Assembly: GCF_964213995.1 (NCBI RefSeq) | Contig: NC_135807.1 | Coordinates: 96,844,001 to 96,908,000 of the forward strand | Reading direction: 5' to 3' | DNA: 64,000 nucleotides | Origin: Mustelus asterias | Taxonomy: Eukaryota | In this document: positions 52,698-64,000 of the stretch, one piece after another | Position numbering within the stretch: position 1 is the stretch's first letter | How the letters are laid out: each line of letters opens with the position of its first letter | Translations under genes and position numbers: made by a program | The notes under the pieces: generated by a model | Told to the model about the DNA's origin: nothing | The model's database searches: none | The model's input: the letters and a program-made list of their open reading frames with translations, nothing else

Positions 52698-53503
52698 TGT
52701 TCTGGAGGGGAGGAACAGATTACTATGTTAAGAATTTGGAAAGTTAATGAGCTGTTGAACTTGATATAAAAACTAAAGAACAAATAACAAGATTAGCAGG
52801 CGTCTAGTGAAATTGAGGAGTGAATTGCCATATTAGAAACATTGTTTACCAGAGATCATAACTTCTAAAGGCAAGGAATTTGTGAGATGACAGATGAATC
52901 CGCAGGGTGGAATATCAAAGAGACTGAAAAGTATAATTGCTAGCACCCTCATTGGGAAAGCAAACAGTCAGTCAGGCTAGCTCCTATCTAATCTTCAGAG
53001 AAGCCGGTTCCACCTCTGATCAGAGCCATGCAGGCCTGTTCCATCTCGCATGGCAGATTGCAGATATTCTCAGACGCAGTTTTGTGCCTTTGCTGAATCA
53101 GGAAAATATGTTTTCCCAGATTTGGTCATCTAAGCTGTATTGTGTGATAACCTCGAGCTTGATTTGACTTCCAGAGTTACTAAATTGAATGTTTGGGAAA
53201 AAGGGTCTGGTGAGTTCAGGGAACGTGGGTATGTTTTGAGAACAAGATCATTTCAAATAAAATGGTGTGTTTAGACAATATACTTAAATGTTGTAGTGTA
53301 TATTAGTCTTTCTTCTTGTGTGTGTGTTTTTATTTTCTGTTACTTTAATGAATACTCTTTATTAAATGTTTACACAATGACTGGACTGGTTCCTCCCTGG
53401 GTTGTACATTGTTCCTCACACTATTCCAAACAAATATGCACTATTAGGAATCAATGTTTCAGGTTATCCTTCAGGGTTTTGAGACACTCTCACAGGTAAC
53501 AAC
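52698..53503 (+). mobile_element. Possible solo LTR
   Basis: TGTT...AACA ends, internal AATAAA (53255), U5-like end; no TSD confirmed. Confidence 0.4.
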
Positions 53504-54614
53504 AATGGGGTTCATAACATGTAATCATCTCCATTCTCACAGTACTGGGTATTGAAAACTCAGGGAGAGCCACAGTGTTGTCCATGGTGACCCACAACCA
53601 ACTGTACAATTGTAGGAGTACCTGTACCAGAATAACTGCAATAGCTCAAGAAGGGCTAAAGACAACTAGGCGTGGGCTTTGTTGTTGACGTATAATCATA
53701 CCTCTGAGAATGAAGCATTTCCTCTTGCGCTGCTAGTCCAAACAAAATAGAATTAAGCTACACAGATGCAATTAGCTGTAAAGGAGCTCCAGCAAACCAA
53801 GTCATGTCAACTCCTAAGGAGCAGTAAAATAGATTCCTCCGTGCAATTCTCCACCTTCTGATTGGCTGTTATCCATTGCACTATCGTGGAAGAAATGGAG
53901 CTAGGGTCAGGTGTTCTGGTCACAGGGAGTTTAATTATCTTTCTACCCAGTGCTGCACCTAATCTGGAAGGATGTGAATCTGGGACTGGGTAAATTGTGG
54001 GTCCAGTACTAAAGGTCCATAATTGTGGATCCAAAACCTTATCAACATAACATTACAAACAAGCCAATAAAAATGTTTTTGCAATCAGCACCAGTTTAGG
54101 CCTTCATACTGCTGAGCATTGTTCTGATATAGGAAGTAAATGTATTTTCTGTTGAAGTGTTGCATGGAGAGTACAAGTAAAATGAGGATTGAACACTATT
54201 CATCCTGGTATTTTTGAGAACATCATGATTTGAAGAACTGAGACTGGGTTCCAATGAGATAGTGAAGGATTTACTTGAGGATTAACCCAGGACTCTTCAT
54301 GGGAGGATCCATTCAAACAGTACTAGCTTTAGGATTCATTTCAACTTTGTTTCGCCAGGTGGCAGTGTTAGAGATACATTTTATTCTCAAAGTGAAAGAG
54401 ACCCACGGATTCAAGATGTTATTTTGATGAATCTTGTTGCATGTGGTATATTTGCTGGTTTAAAAGGAAAGTGGCACTTAATATATTAGTGTTGAATTGA
54501 ATATATGTTTAAAACAGAAGTTTTACAATTTGAACAAATGCCTCCTTGTGATTTGTTATTGATGTATATTTTGGAGAAGGCATTAACTTGATTCAGTGGC
54601 ACTATTTTGCAGAT

Positions 54615-55110
54615 GTCCTGTGCAGTCTTGGTCTGCTTATTTAAGGAGCGATATATTTGTATTGGAGGAAGTTCAGAGGTTTACAAGGATGATTCCTGCG
54701 CTGAAGCTGTTATCTTATAAGAAAAAGTATGGACTTATAATCATTGGAGTTTAGCAGAATGAGAGGTGATCTTATTGAAATATGAGATTCTGAGGGAACT
54801 TGCCAGGGCAGATGTTGAAAAGATGTTTTCCACTCATGAGGGCATCTAGACTTAGGAGGAATAGGTTCAAAACTAGGGGTCTCCCAATTAAGATGGACAT
54901 GAGGAGGAATCTCTTCTCTCTGAGGATTGTGAATCTTTGGAATTTGTGACCCCCAGAGAACTGAAGGCAGGGTTATTCAAGGTCGAGAAAGATTCTTGAA
55001 CTGTAGGGGAGTAAAAAGATATGGGTAACAGATAGGAAAATGGCGTGATCATGGTTTAATTGAATGGTGGAATAGACTCAAGAGGCTGCATGACATCCCC
55101 CAGCATTTCT
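54615..55110 (+). mobile_element. Degraded CR1 3' end
   Basis: GAATGAGAGGTGATCTTATTGAAA, ATGAGGAGGAATCTCTTCTCT. Confidence 0.75.
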
Positions 55111-56816
55111 GTTCTTGTCTTCTAAATGCTAGGGAATTCTCCCTGGTTCCTGACAAATACTCACCCTTCAATCAACATCACTAACATAAGGGGTGGGATT
55201 TTACGGCCTTACTCATCCCGAAACCGTAAAATCCCACCCAAGGTCAATGGACCTTTCCATGGTCAACCCCTCACCCACTCTGATACCCATGTTGGTGAAC
55301 CAGTAAAATTACGGCCATGTTGTCTGATCATTATCTGATTGCTGTACATAGGACCTTGCTGTGCGTAAACTGCTGTTTCTTACATTCCAATGGTGATTAA
55401 ACTTTAAGTACTTCAGTGATTGTAAAGTGCTGTAGGTCATCTGGAGGTCATGAAAGATGCTGTAGACATGCAAGTTCTTCTTATTCTGTTATTGTAAAAG
55501 CCATTTTATTGTAAGTAAAGAGTCCAGCCACCGTCCAACTATAACACATTTATTTGGGTTACTTATGTTTCCTCATAATGACAATTGAGAAGCTAAAGTA
55601 TTGTTGATCTCTTTAGCTCTGCAGTGTTCTGCTGCTCTGAGATTGACACAGACAGTGACCATGTTTGTCACTAACAAGATTGTAAGCAAGAATAACACAA
55701 GTGATTGAATAAGAACCAAATGTGCAAGTCTTGGAGAATTGGAGCGCCTGAGTTCAAAGAACATCTGGATTTATTTACAAGGGGTCTGTTAGTTCATTAT
55801 TTTTTGTTCTTGAACTAGATTTAACATTGTGGTACAATTCACTGTTTTGCTGAACAATGGCAAGAAACATCTAGAGATAATGTATTACAGTGTCTGACTT
55901 GCTTCTTAGCATCAGCCTCACAGTGTCAACCAGCATGTTACACCATAAACTTAATATTGGAGTGAAGTGGTTTCAGTTCTGCACTAACAATAATCTTGGG
56001 CATTGAGGACGGACCAACTCCGAAACAAAGTGGAGTGACATTTTTTTTTGCAGGAAATTTGGCTTGGATTCTCATCTGGAATACTGCATTCAGTCTGGGA
56101 ACTTTAGTATAAAGGGTTACCAGATGGGATATGCAAATGTATGACAGGTAATGATGTACAACTGATACCGATCAGTCATGTGTTAAGAGGTTGGAATCAC
56201 ACCTAGAAGCTATGGGCCTACTGTCTAACCTGTTTAGATGTAGCACTAATAGACAAGTGTTAAACAGATACCAGAGTACACCTTCAGTTTGTCTAAGTTC
56301 CAAGTCCAATGCCAAGAGTTGAAGATAGAAATACCAATCTTAGAACATGGTGACAGCAGTGGCGAAACCTATGTAAAACAAACATAAGTATTATCAAAGA
56401 AACCACAGAGTGAAGAAACCTTTGAAAGCTCGAGGAATTTCGGCAGATGAAGGAGGGACACAGGAGAGAGGTAACGGTGTCCGTACCTAAGGAACAGTCC
56501 CTGCTGTTTGGCTGCCCCGAAAGCCCATAGAGAGGCCAATAGTGGGAGATATGGAAACGCCATTTTCTCCAATACCGAGCAGTGTCTTCACAAAATAGAA
56601 CCAAAGCTTCAAGTTATTTCATTTCTTTATGCAGTGGGTCCAGTCACAGATAACATTCTCTTAAAGCAGAGTGTGCAGGAGTCCACCATGGATTTTGATA
56701 CCATGAGTAAAACCTTTGATACTTTTTTAAATCCACCATGGAATCCTGTTATCAAGCCTGGGTTTCTGTGCAAGATACAACCCCAAGTCTGAGCAGAAAA
56801 TTGAGCTGTAATTTAG

Positions 56817-57586
56817 AGAACATAGAACATAGAAAGCCACAGCACAAACAGGCCCTTCGGCCCACAGGTTGCGCCGATCACATCCCCACCTCTAGGCCTA
56901 TCTATAGCCCTCAATCCCATTAAATCCCATGTACTCATCCAGAAGTCTCTTAAAAGACCCCAACGAGTTTGCCTCCACCACCACCGACGTCAGCCGATTC
57001 CACTCACCCACCACCCTCTGAGTGAAAAACTTACCCCTGACATCTCCTCTGTACCTACCCCCCAGCACCTTAAACCTGTGTCCTCTCGTAGCAACCATTT
57101 CAGCCCTTGGAAATAGCCTCTGAGAGTCTACCCTATCCAGACCTCTCAACATCTTGTAAACCTCTATCAGGTCACCTCTCATCCTTCGTCTCTCCAGGGA
57201 GAAGAGACCAAGCTCCCTCAACCTATCCTCATAAGGCATGCCCCCCAATCCAGGCAACATCCTTGTAAATCTCCTCTGCACCCTTTCAATGGCTTCAACA
57301 TCTTTCCTGTAATGAGGTGACCAGAACTGCGTGCAGTACTCCAAGTGGGGTCTAACCAGGGTCCTATAAAGCTGCAGCATTATCTCCCGACTCCTAAACT
57401 CAATCCCTCGATTAATGAAGGCCAGTACGCCGTACGCCTTCTTGACCGCATCCTCCACCTGCGAGGCCGATTTAAGAGTCCTATGGACCCGGACCCCAAG
57501 GTCCTTCTGATCCTCTACACTGCTAAGAATGGTACCCTTCATATTATATTGCTGCTTCATCCCATTGGATCTGCCAAAATGGATAA
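56817..57586 (-). mobile_element. Young CR1 3' part with open frame
   Basis: IIHFGRSN...RPHLEYCTQFW...FFTQRVVGEWN; (TTCTATG)n tail; possible TAATTT TSD. Confidence 0.92.
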
Positions 57587-58994
57587 TTTGTGGCAACTCC
57601 GCAGTTTTACATAGCTCTATAAATTTGGTAGGCCCACGGGCAGTGGCCCCACCAATACAAAAGCCTGCCAAACACAATGAAAGGGCTGAAAACTCCACAC
57701 CTGGCAGCCATTTGAAGATGCTAGCATTGTGGTGTGAAAATTCAGCCAAGAGAGGGGTGCAGAAGGCTTCCACTGTGGCAACACTGGACATTTCAAGCAT
57801 TTTTGCAAATCCAGCAATTTTAATCAAAGTTGGAGATTAGCAATTATTTATGAAACACATTCTTCCCAAGTCCCGAAACAAATAAAACTACAAGTGCCCA
57901 GGGGAAGTAGATAGTCTTAATCCAGGCTACTACTCAGTTAAATGCGAACTGAAAGAATAGTCTAGGTGAGTAACCCCAGAACAAATACTTTAGCACTGTG
58001 TTTAAATAGTTAAAAATAATAATGAAACAAATAACATTCTTCAAGCCTCATCCCTCACCCCAAACACTCCTTATGCTCCATCCATGCCAACCTTTGCCAA
58101 CTCAAACCTCTATGTCAACTTAGTGCCAATTCTTGCCAACCAATGTCCCCCCACCCATCACGTTTTGGCCTTATACCCTCCATGTCAATGCACCCAGCAT
58201 CCTTAGATAGTTCCTGACAGTTGGACAACTCTTTGATAGCTTGACAATTCCAATGATTTTGTGGTTAAAAAGGGCATAACCATGTTCCCTGTTAACATTC
58301 CCAAAATACATCTATCTCTCCCAGAGCATGCTCTACCTCTCCCAAAAGGTGCCTTACCTTCCCCAAAGGTATCCCAGGATTCTATGCAAAGGGGTACCTT
58401 ACCTCTCCAAAGGGTGCCCTAATTATCCAAACACATCCACCAACTTCAGATTTGTTCCATTCTTCACATTCCAGATTCCACACTCCCATTCTTCCAAAAG
58501 CCCACCTCAGTGGAAGCAGCTGGTGATTGAATGGCCAGTTGCCTCCATGGATCATGCATGCATAAAACTCCAGACCTGCCCAGGTGAAGATGGCAAATGC
58601 TGGGTTCAGGAGTGGGATTTAGAATTTTCAACCATTTCTGGGCTTTTCACCACAGAGCCTCTTCAGCATTCTGAAAATTCAGGTCATAGTTTCATGTTGT
58701 TGCTAAAAACTAGGGGATACCATACTTGGGGGAGGTGGAGTCGAGAGGATTAACAGGTGAGATATGCTAATGCATGGCGTGGATAATAATGTACTACTAA
58801 CACCAGTCAGTCATGTGTTAGACTCGAGAGAGAAGTTGGAATCATGCCTAGAGGCTATGTGACTACTCTAACCTGCATAACTAAAAAACAAGTGTTAAGC
58901 AGGTACCAGAGAGTGGGTCTACAGTCTAAATACCAAGTCCCATGCTGAGAGTTGAGACAGCAGGACCAATCTCAGAACAGGAACCACATTTCAG

Positions 58995-59365
58995 GAACAA
59001 AGAACAAAAGAGAACAAAGAAGAGTACAGTACAGGAACAGACCCTTTGGCCCTCCAAACTTCGCTGATCACGTTGTCCTATCTAGACCAACCGCCTGTAT
59101 CCCTCTATTCCCCGTCTATTCATGTCTATTCAGATAAGTCATAAATGTTGCTAAAGTGTCTGTCACAACCACCTCACTTGGCAGTGCATTTCAGGCCACC
59201 ACCACACTCTGTATAAAAAACTTCCCCTTGCACATCTCCACTGAACCTTTCCCCCCTTACCTTGAACATGTGCCCCCTTGTAATTGTCATTTGTGCCCTG
59301 GGAAAAAGCGTCCAACTGTTCATTCAATCTATACCCCTCATAATTTTATAAACTTCTGTCAGGTC
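58995..59365 (-). mobile_element. CR1 3' end
   Basis: (GAACAAA)n tail, TACAGGAACAGACCCTTTGGCCC, TAATTTTATAAACTTCTGTCAGGTC. Confidence 0.8.
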
Positions 59366-60482
59366 AGAAGAATATATTAGCCTTGTCAATGCAGTAGAAG
59401 GATTAAATTATGAGGATTGTGTATTGATTTTAGTGTAGCAATCATTTTCAGGTTAATTTAAGTTATATTTATTATAATAAGCTAACAAGGTAAAAATGCC
59501 ATTTTATGCTAAGATAAGCTTTAATATTGTTAACCTTTTACAACAAACTAACCCAAAACAGTATTACAAAGCAGTCACAAACCAGCAACTGGATGGTTTC
59601 ATTAGAAGGATCTTTGGTATTTGAAGGATAAGTAATTAATAATCAGCAGTTAATTAGAAGTCACTTATGTTACTTCAGTATTTCTCATTAGTTTTACTTA
59701 TGAGAACATTCCAGTGCTATAACAGCTGGGAAAGAAATGGTATAAAGCCTTGGACTCCCTCCCTATTAGGAATACATACTATCCTTGGTTGTTGTGTCTG
59801 TCTTAATGTTTGGGGCCCGAGTAAAAACAATAAGATAAGAGACATAGCTTAAATAAAGACATTGTCCCAAGTTTAGAACAATGTGCCTAATTAGCTAGAA
59901 CCATTAGGAAGAACTGGTTTAGATCCTTGGGAATAGTTGAATAACTTATCAGGGCGAAGATAATTTCCAATAAACCTCAAGGCAGCTGAGTAATTAACTC
60001 CAGGACCGGTTTGGCAACAAATTGCCTGCCGGGAAATTGTAGTGCTTCCCGGAGGCAGTGACTGTTTCTCTGCAGCTTCAAGAAGTTTCACGTTGTCCAT
60101 TTCTCTTGGATTGATCACCCATTTAAAAGAGTGGAGTTGGTAGAATTTCATCAATAAGTGTACCTTACCTTTGTTCTGCCTCTGTTAGATAGTTGATAGG
60201 TTTCTAAAACTTGCTTATAATCAATAAAACTTGATATTATTCATTCATTTTATGTCTGAGTCTTTGCCTGTTGGTTATATCTCTGTCGAATTCAAAAAGT
60301 TTAAAAGGGCAATTTGGGTTCCAGTATTAAGCCTTACACAGCCAACTTGGAACAGACTAAAACATCTAAACAACTCCTTTTAAACTTCCAATAGGACACG
60401 TTGCATATTCTAGGCATGTATTCCTTTAAGTATAGAACATTAATCGCTGATCTAGTTAAGGTTAAAGATGGTTAAAGCATTT

Positions 60483-61147
60483 CACAGTAGATCAGATGAT
60501 GAAATGTTGTTCGTCCAGTTTACGCCGGGCTTCACTGGAACATTGCAGCAGGCCCTGAATGGAAATATAGGCATGAGAGCAAGATGGTGAGTTGAAATGG
60601 CAAGCAACAGGAAGGTTGGGGCCACATTTGCAGACTGAGTGAAGTGTTGCGGTAACCTTATCTTCCAATTAGGTACTTTACAGTTGTCTGGATTTAACAT
60701 TGAGTTCAACAACTTCAGATTACGAACTCTGTCCTGCACCTTGACCTTTTTAACCCAATTATTTTATCCCAATGCTTCCCTCCCCCCGTCAGATGGCCAT
60801 CAGTCACTTTTTCTTAAGTTTATCTTTCGCTGACCACTGACCCTTATTCTCCCGTTAATACATTCTGCTATGTTACCTCTATCACTATTAGCACCTTCTC
60901 TAGTCTTTAACACTGCCACTAACAACCCCTCTGTCTTGTGCCTGTGACATCTTTGTCAAATCTCTCCTGGCTCCAACCTACCCGTGACCTTCGATTTTGT
61001 CCCGCCCTCAACCAGTATAAAATCTATCACATTTCTCCCTCTCTTTAGCTCTAACACAGAGTCAAGTGGACTCAAAGTGTTGACTCTGTTTCTCTCTCCA
61101 CAGATGCTGCCAGACCTGCTGAGCTTTTCCAGCATTTTCTGTTTTTA
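60483..61147 (+). mobile_element. PLE family B 3' end with inverted 5' segment
   Basis: Minus strand VACHFNSPSCSHAYISIQGLLQCSSEARRKLDEQHFI; plus strand LIFQLGTLQLSGFNIEFNNFR then pLTR. Confidence 0.8.
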
Positions 61148-61179
61148 TGACGTTCTTTATGCTGTCACAGAAACAGAAA

Positions 61180-64000
61180 TAATTGGTGTGCCTCCTCCCA
61201 TCATTGCTTCATTCACCGTATACAATGGAATGTGTGTATTGTGTGAAACATTATCATTTCACCAACTGTCTCTTCTCCATTTCCTTCACTACAAAACCGC
61301 ATCTCATCTCAGAAAATTACACACACGTGTGGAGAGAATCCACAGAACAGACAGAGAACTGTTCAAACTACATCACTTTCAATCCCAAACCAAGCGCACA
61401 CCAATCTCAGACACAGAGCTTCAGTTTGCGGGTGGCACCTGTGTTTGCACTCACTCAGAAATTGAGATCCAGGTCATCGTTGACTCCTTCTCCAAAGCTC
61501 ATGAAAAAATTGGCCTTTCACTAAATCCTCTTCCAACAAGCTCCCACAGCAAAACATCTCCCCTTGTCAATCACAAGTAACGACGAGATCCTGGAAAATA
61601 GAGAACAAAGAATAAAGAAAAGTACAGCACAGGAACAGGCCCTTCTGCCCTCCAAGCCTGCGGAGATCACGATGGCCGGCCTAAACTAAAACCGTATGCA
61701 CTTACAGAGCCTGTATTCTTCCATTCCCATCCTACTCATGTATTCGTCTAGTTACCCCTTAAATGTCGCTATCGTACCTGCTCCCACCACCTGCCCGGGC
61801 AGTGCGTTCCAGACATTCACCACCCTCTGTGTAAAAAAACTTGCTTCACACATCTCCTTTAAACATTCCCCCACGCACCTTAAACTTATGTCCCCTAGTA
61901 CTTGACTTTTCTATCCTAGGAAGAGCATCTGACTATCCACTCGGTCCATGCCACTCATAATCTTGTAGATTTCTTTCAGGTCACCCCTCAACCTCCGTCA
62001 TTCCAGTGAGAACAAACTAAGTTTCTCCAACCTCTCCTCATAGCTAATATCCTCCAGACCAGGCAACATCCTGGTAAACCTTTTCTGTACCCTCTCCAAA
62101 GCATCCACATCCTTCTGGTAGCATAGCAACCAGAATTGTACACAATATTCTAAATGAGGCCTAACTAAGGTTCTGTACAGCTGCAGCATGACCTGCCAAT
62201 TTTTATACTCAATGCCCCGACTGATGAAGGCCTGCATGCTGTATACTTTCTTGAGTACCCTATCCACCTTCGTTGCCAATTTCAGTGATCGGTGGACATG
62301 TGCGCCCAGATCTCTGTGCCTGTCAATACTCCTAAGGGTTCTACCATTTACTGTATAATTCCTACATGCATTAGACCTTCCAAAATGCATTATCTCACAC
62401 TTGTCCACATTAAACTCCATCTGCCATTTCTCCGCCCAAGTCTCCAATCGATCTATATCTTACTGTATCTTCTGACAATCCACTTCACTATCCACAATTC
62501 CACCAATTTTTGTGTCATCTGCGAGCTTACTAATCAGACCAGCTACATTTTCCTCCAAATCATTTATATATACTATGAACAACAAAGGTCCCAGACTGAT
62601 CCTGTGGAACACCGCTAGTCACAGCCTTCCATTCAGAAAAACACCCCTCTACTGCTACCCTCTGTCTTCTATGGCCAAGCCAGTTCTATTTCCTTCTTGC
62701 CAGCTCTCCTCTGATCCCGTGTGACTTCACCTTTCAAATCAGTTTACCATGAGGTACCTTGTCAAAGACTTTACTGAAGTCCATGAATATACCATCCAAT
62801 ATATTCCCTCATCTTCCATCTTCGTCAGTTCCTCGAAAAACTCAATCAAGTTAGTGAGGCACAACCTCCTCTTCACAAAACCATGCTGTCTATCACTAAA
62901 AAGTCCATTTGTTTCCAAATGTGAGTAGGTCCTGTTCCTAAGAATCTTTTCCAATAATTTCCCTACCACTGACGTAAGGCTCACCGGCCTATAGTTTCCT
63001 GGATTATCCCTGCTGTCCTTCTTAAACGATGGAACAACATTGGCTATCCTCCAGTCCTCTGGAACTTCACATGTTGCCAATGAGGATATAGAGATTTCTG
63101 TCAAGACCCCAGCAGTTTCCATCCTTGCCTCCCTCAGTATTCTGGGGTAGATCCCATCAAGTCCTAGGGACTTACCTACTTTAATGCTTTTTAAGACACC
63201 CAATACCTCCTCCTTTTTGATATCGACATGACCCAGAATATCTACACACCCTCCCCTATGCTCCTCATCCATCAAGTCCCTCTCTTTGGTGAATACTGAG
63301 GCAAAATATTCATTTCATACCTCACCCATTTCCTCTAGTTTCATGCATAGATTCCCTCCACTACCCTTGAGTGTACCGACCCTTTCCCTGGCTACTCTCT
63401 TGCTCTTTACATACGTCTACAATGCCTTAGAATTTTCCTTAATCCTCTTTGCCAAGAACCTTTCATGATGTGGATGATTTTTCTTATCTTGGGAGCCTCC
63501 TCTTAGTGGAGATAGACATTGACCAGCACATTCATCATGATCTCCAATGTGTCAGCTCAGACCTCACCCCACTGAGGAGAAAAGTATTTGAGGATCAGGA
63601 TCTCAAATCCAAGAAGAAGATCATGGTTCTCTGGGCAGCGGTAATCACCATGCTCCTATATGCTTCAGAGACTTGGACAACCTACAGCAGACACTGTAAA
63701 GCATTGAAGATTTGCCACCAACTGTACCTTGGCAAGATTGTTCAAATCCACTGGTAATAAAGATGGTCCAACACCGGCATCATCTCCCAAAGCAACATAC
63801 CCAGCATTGAGACACTATTCACTCAAATTCAGCTCCGCTGGACAGGGCATGTTGTTCATGTGCCTGACACCAGACTCCCAAAGCAACAGCTTCACTCAGA
63901 ACTCAGTCACAGGGCAGGAGACTGGGTGATGGAAACACATTTGGAGATGTCCTCAAAACATCCCTGAAGAGATTAAACATACCCACTGATTCGTGGGAGA
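61180..64000 (+). mobile_element. Degraded RTE-clade LINE split by CR1
   Basis: ELQFAG..HSEIEIQVIVDSFSKAHEKIGLSLN; EILEN|VDDFSYLGS joins across the CR1; LLYASETWT, HQLYLGKIVQIHW. Confidence 0.8.
61599..63466 (-). mobile_element. CR1 LINE nested in RTE
   Basis: KSLGLDGIYPRILRE, NYRPVSLTS, RPHLEYCVQFW; tail GAACAAAGAATAAAGAA. Confidence 0.93.

Noticed and set aside
56898-57827. 309-aa ORF with a novel N-terminus
   Set aside because: Chance read-through from flanking sequence into a truncated CR1

Overview
Vertebrate genomic DNA, almost certainly from a shark or other elasmobranch (HE1-type V-SINEs, Deu/SacSINE1-like SINEs, abundant CR1 LINEs). Two head-to-head genes are present. SDHA lies on the minus strand: coding exons 1-10 span 28929-3616, all with GT-AG boundaries, and the remaining exons appear to lie left of the window. 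CCDC127 lies on the plus strand, with coding exons at 45664-45781 and 46120-46799 (265 aa). The two share a small CpG-containing promoter near 28.9-29.3 kb. The rest is mostly retroposon debris (CR1, L2, Rex1, RTE, SINEs), a fossil pogo transposase, a hAT-like MITE, LTR-like relics and two G-rich minisatellites. The most interesting signal is a dense population of Penelope-like element (PLE) pseudo-LTR fragments carrying minimal type I hammerhead ribozyme motifs (at least two, probably three families). Many form hairpin or palindromic insertions with target-site duplications (TSDs), and their truncation or inversion points repeatedly fall at the ribozyme. Some intact cores are sense within SDHA introns. 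PLE hammerheads are known in principle, so novelty here is limited to the shark families and their boundary pattern. All calls were made by eye; repeat boundaries are approximate.
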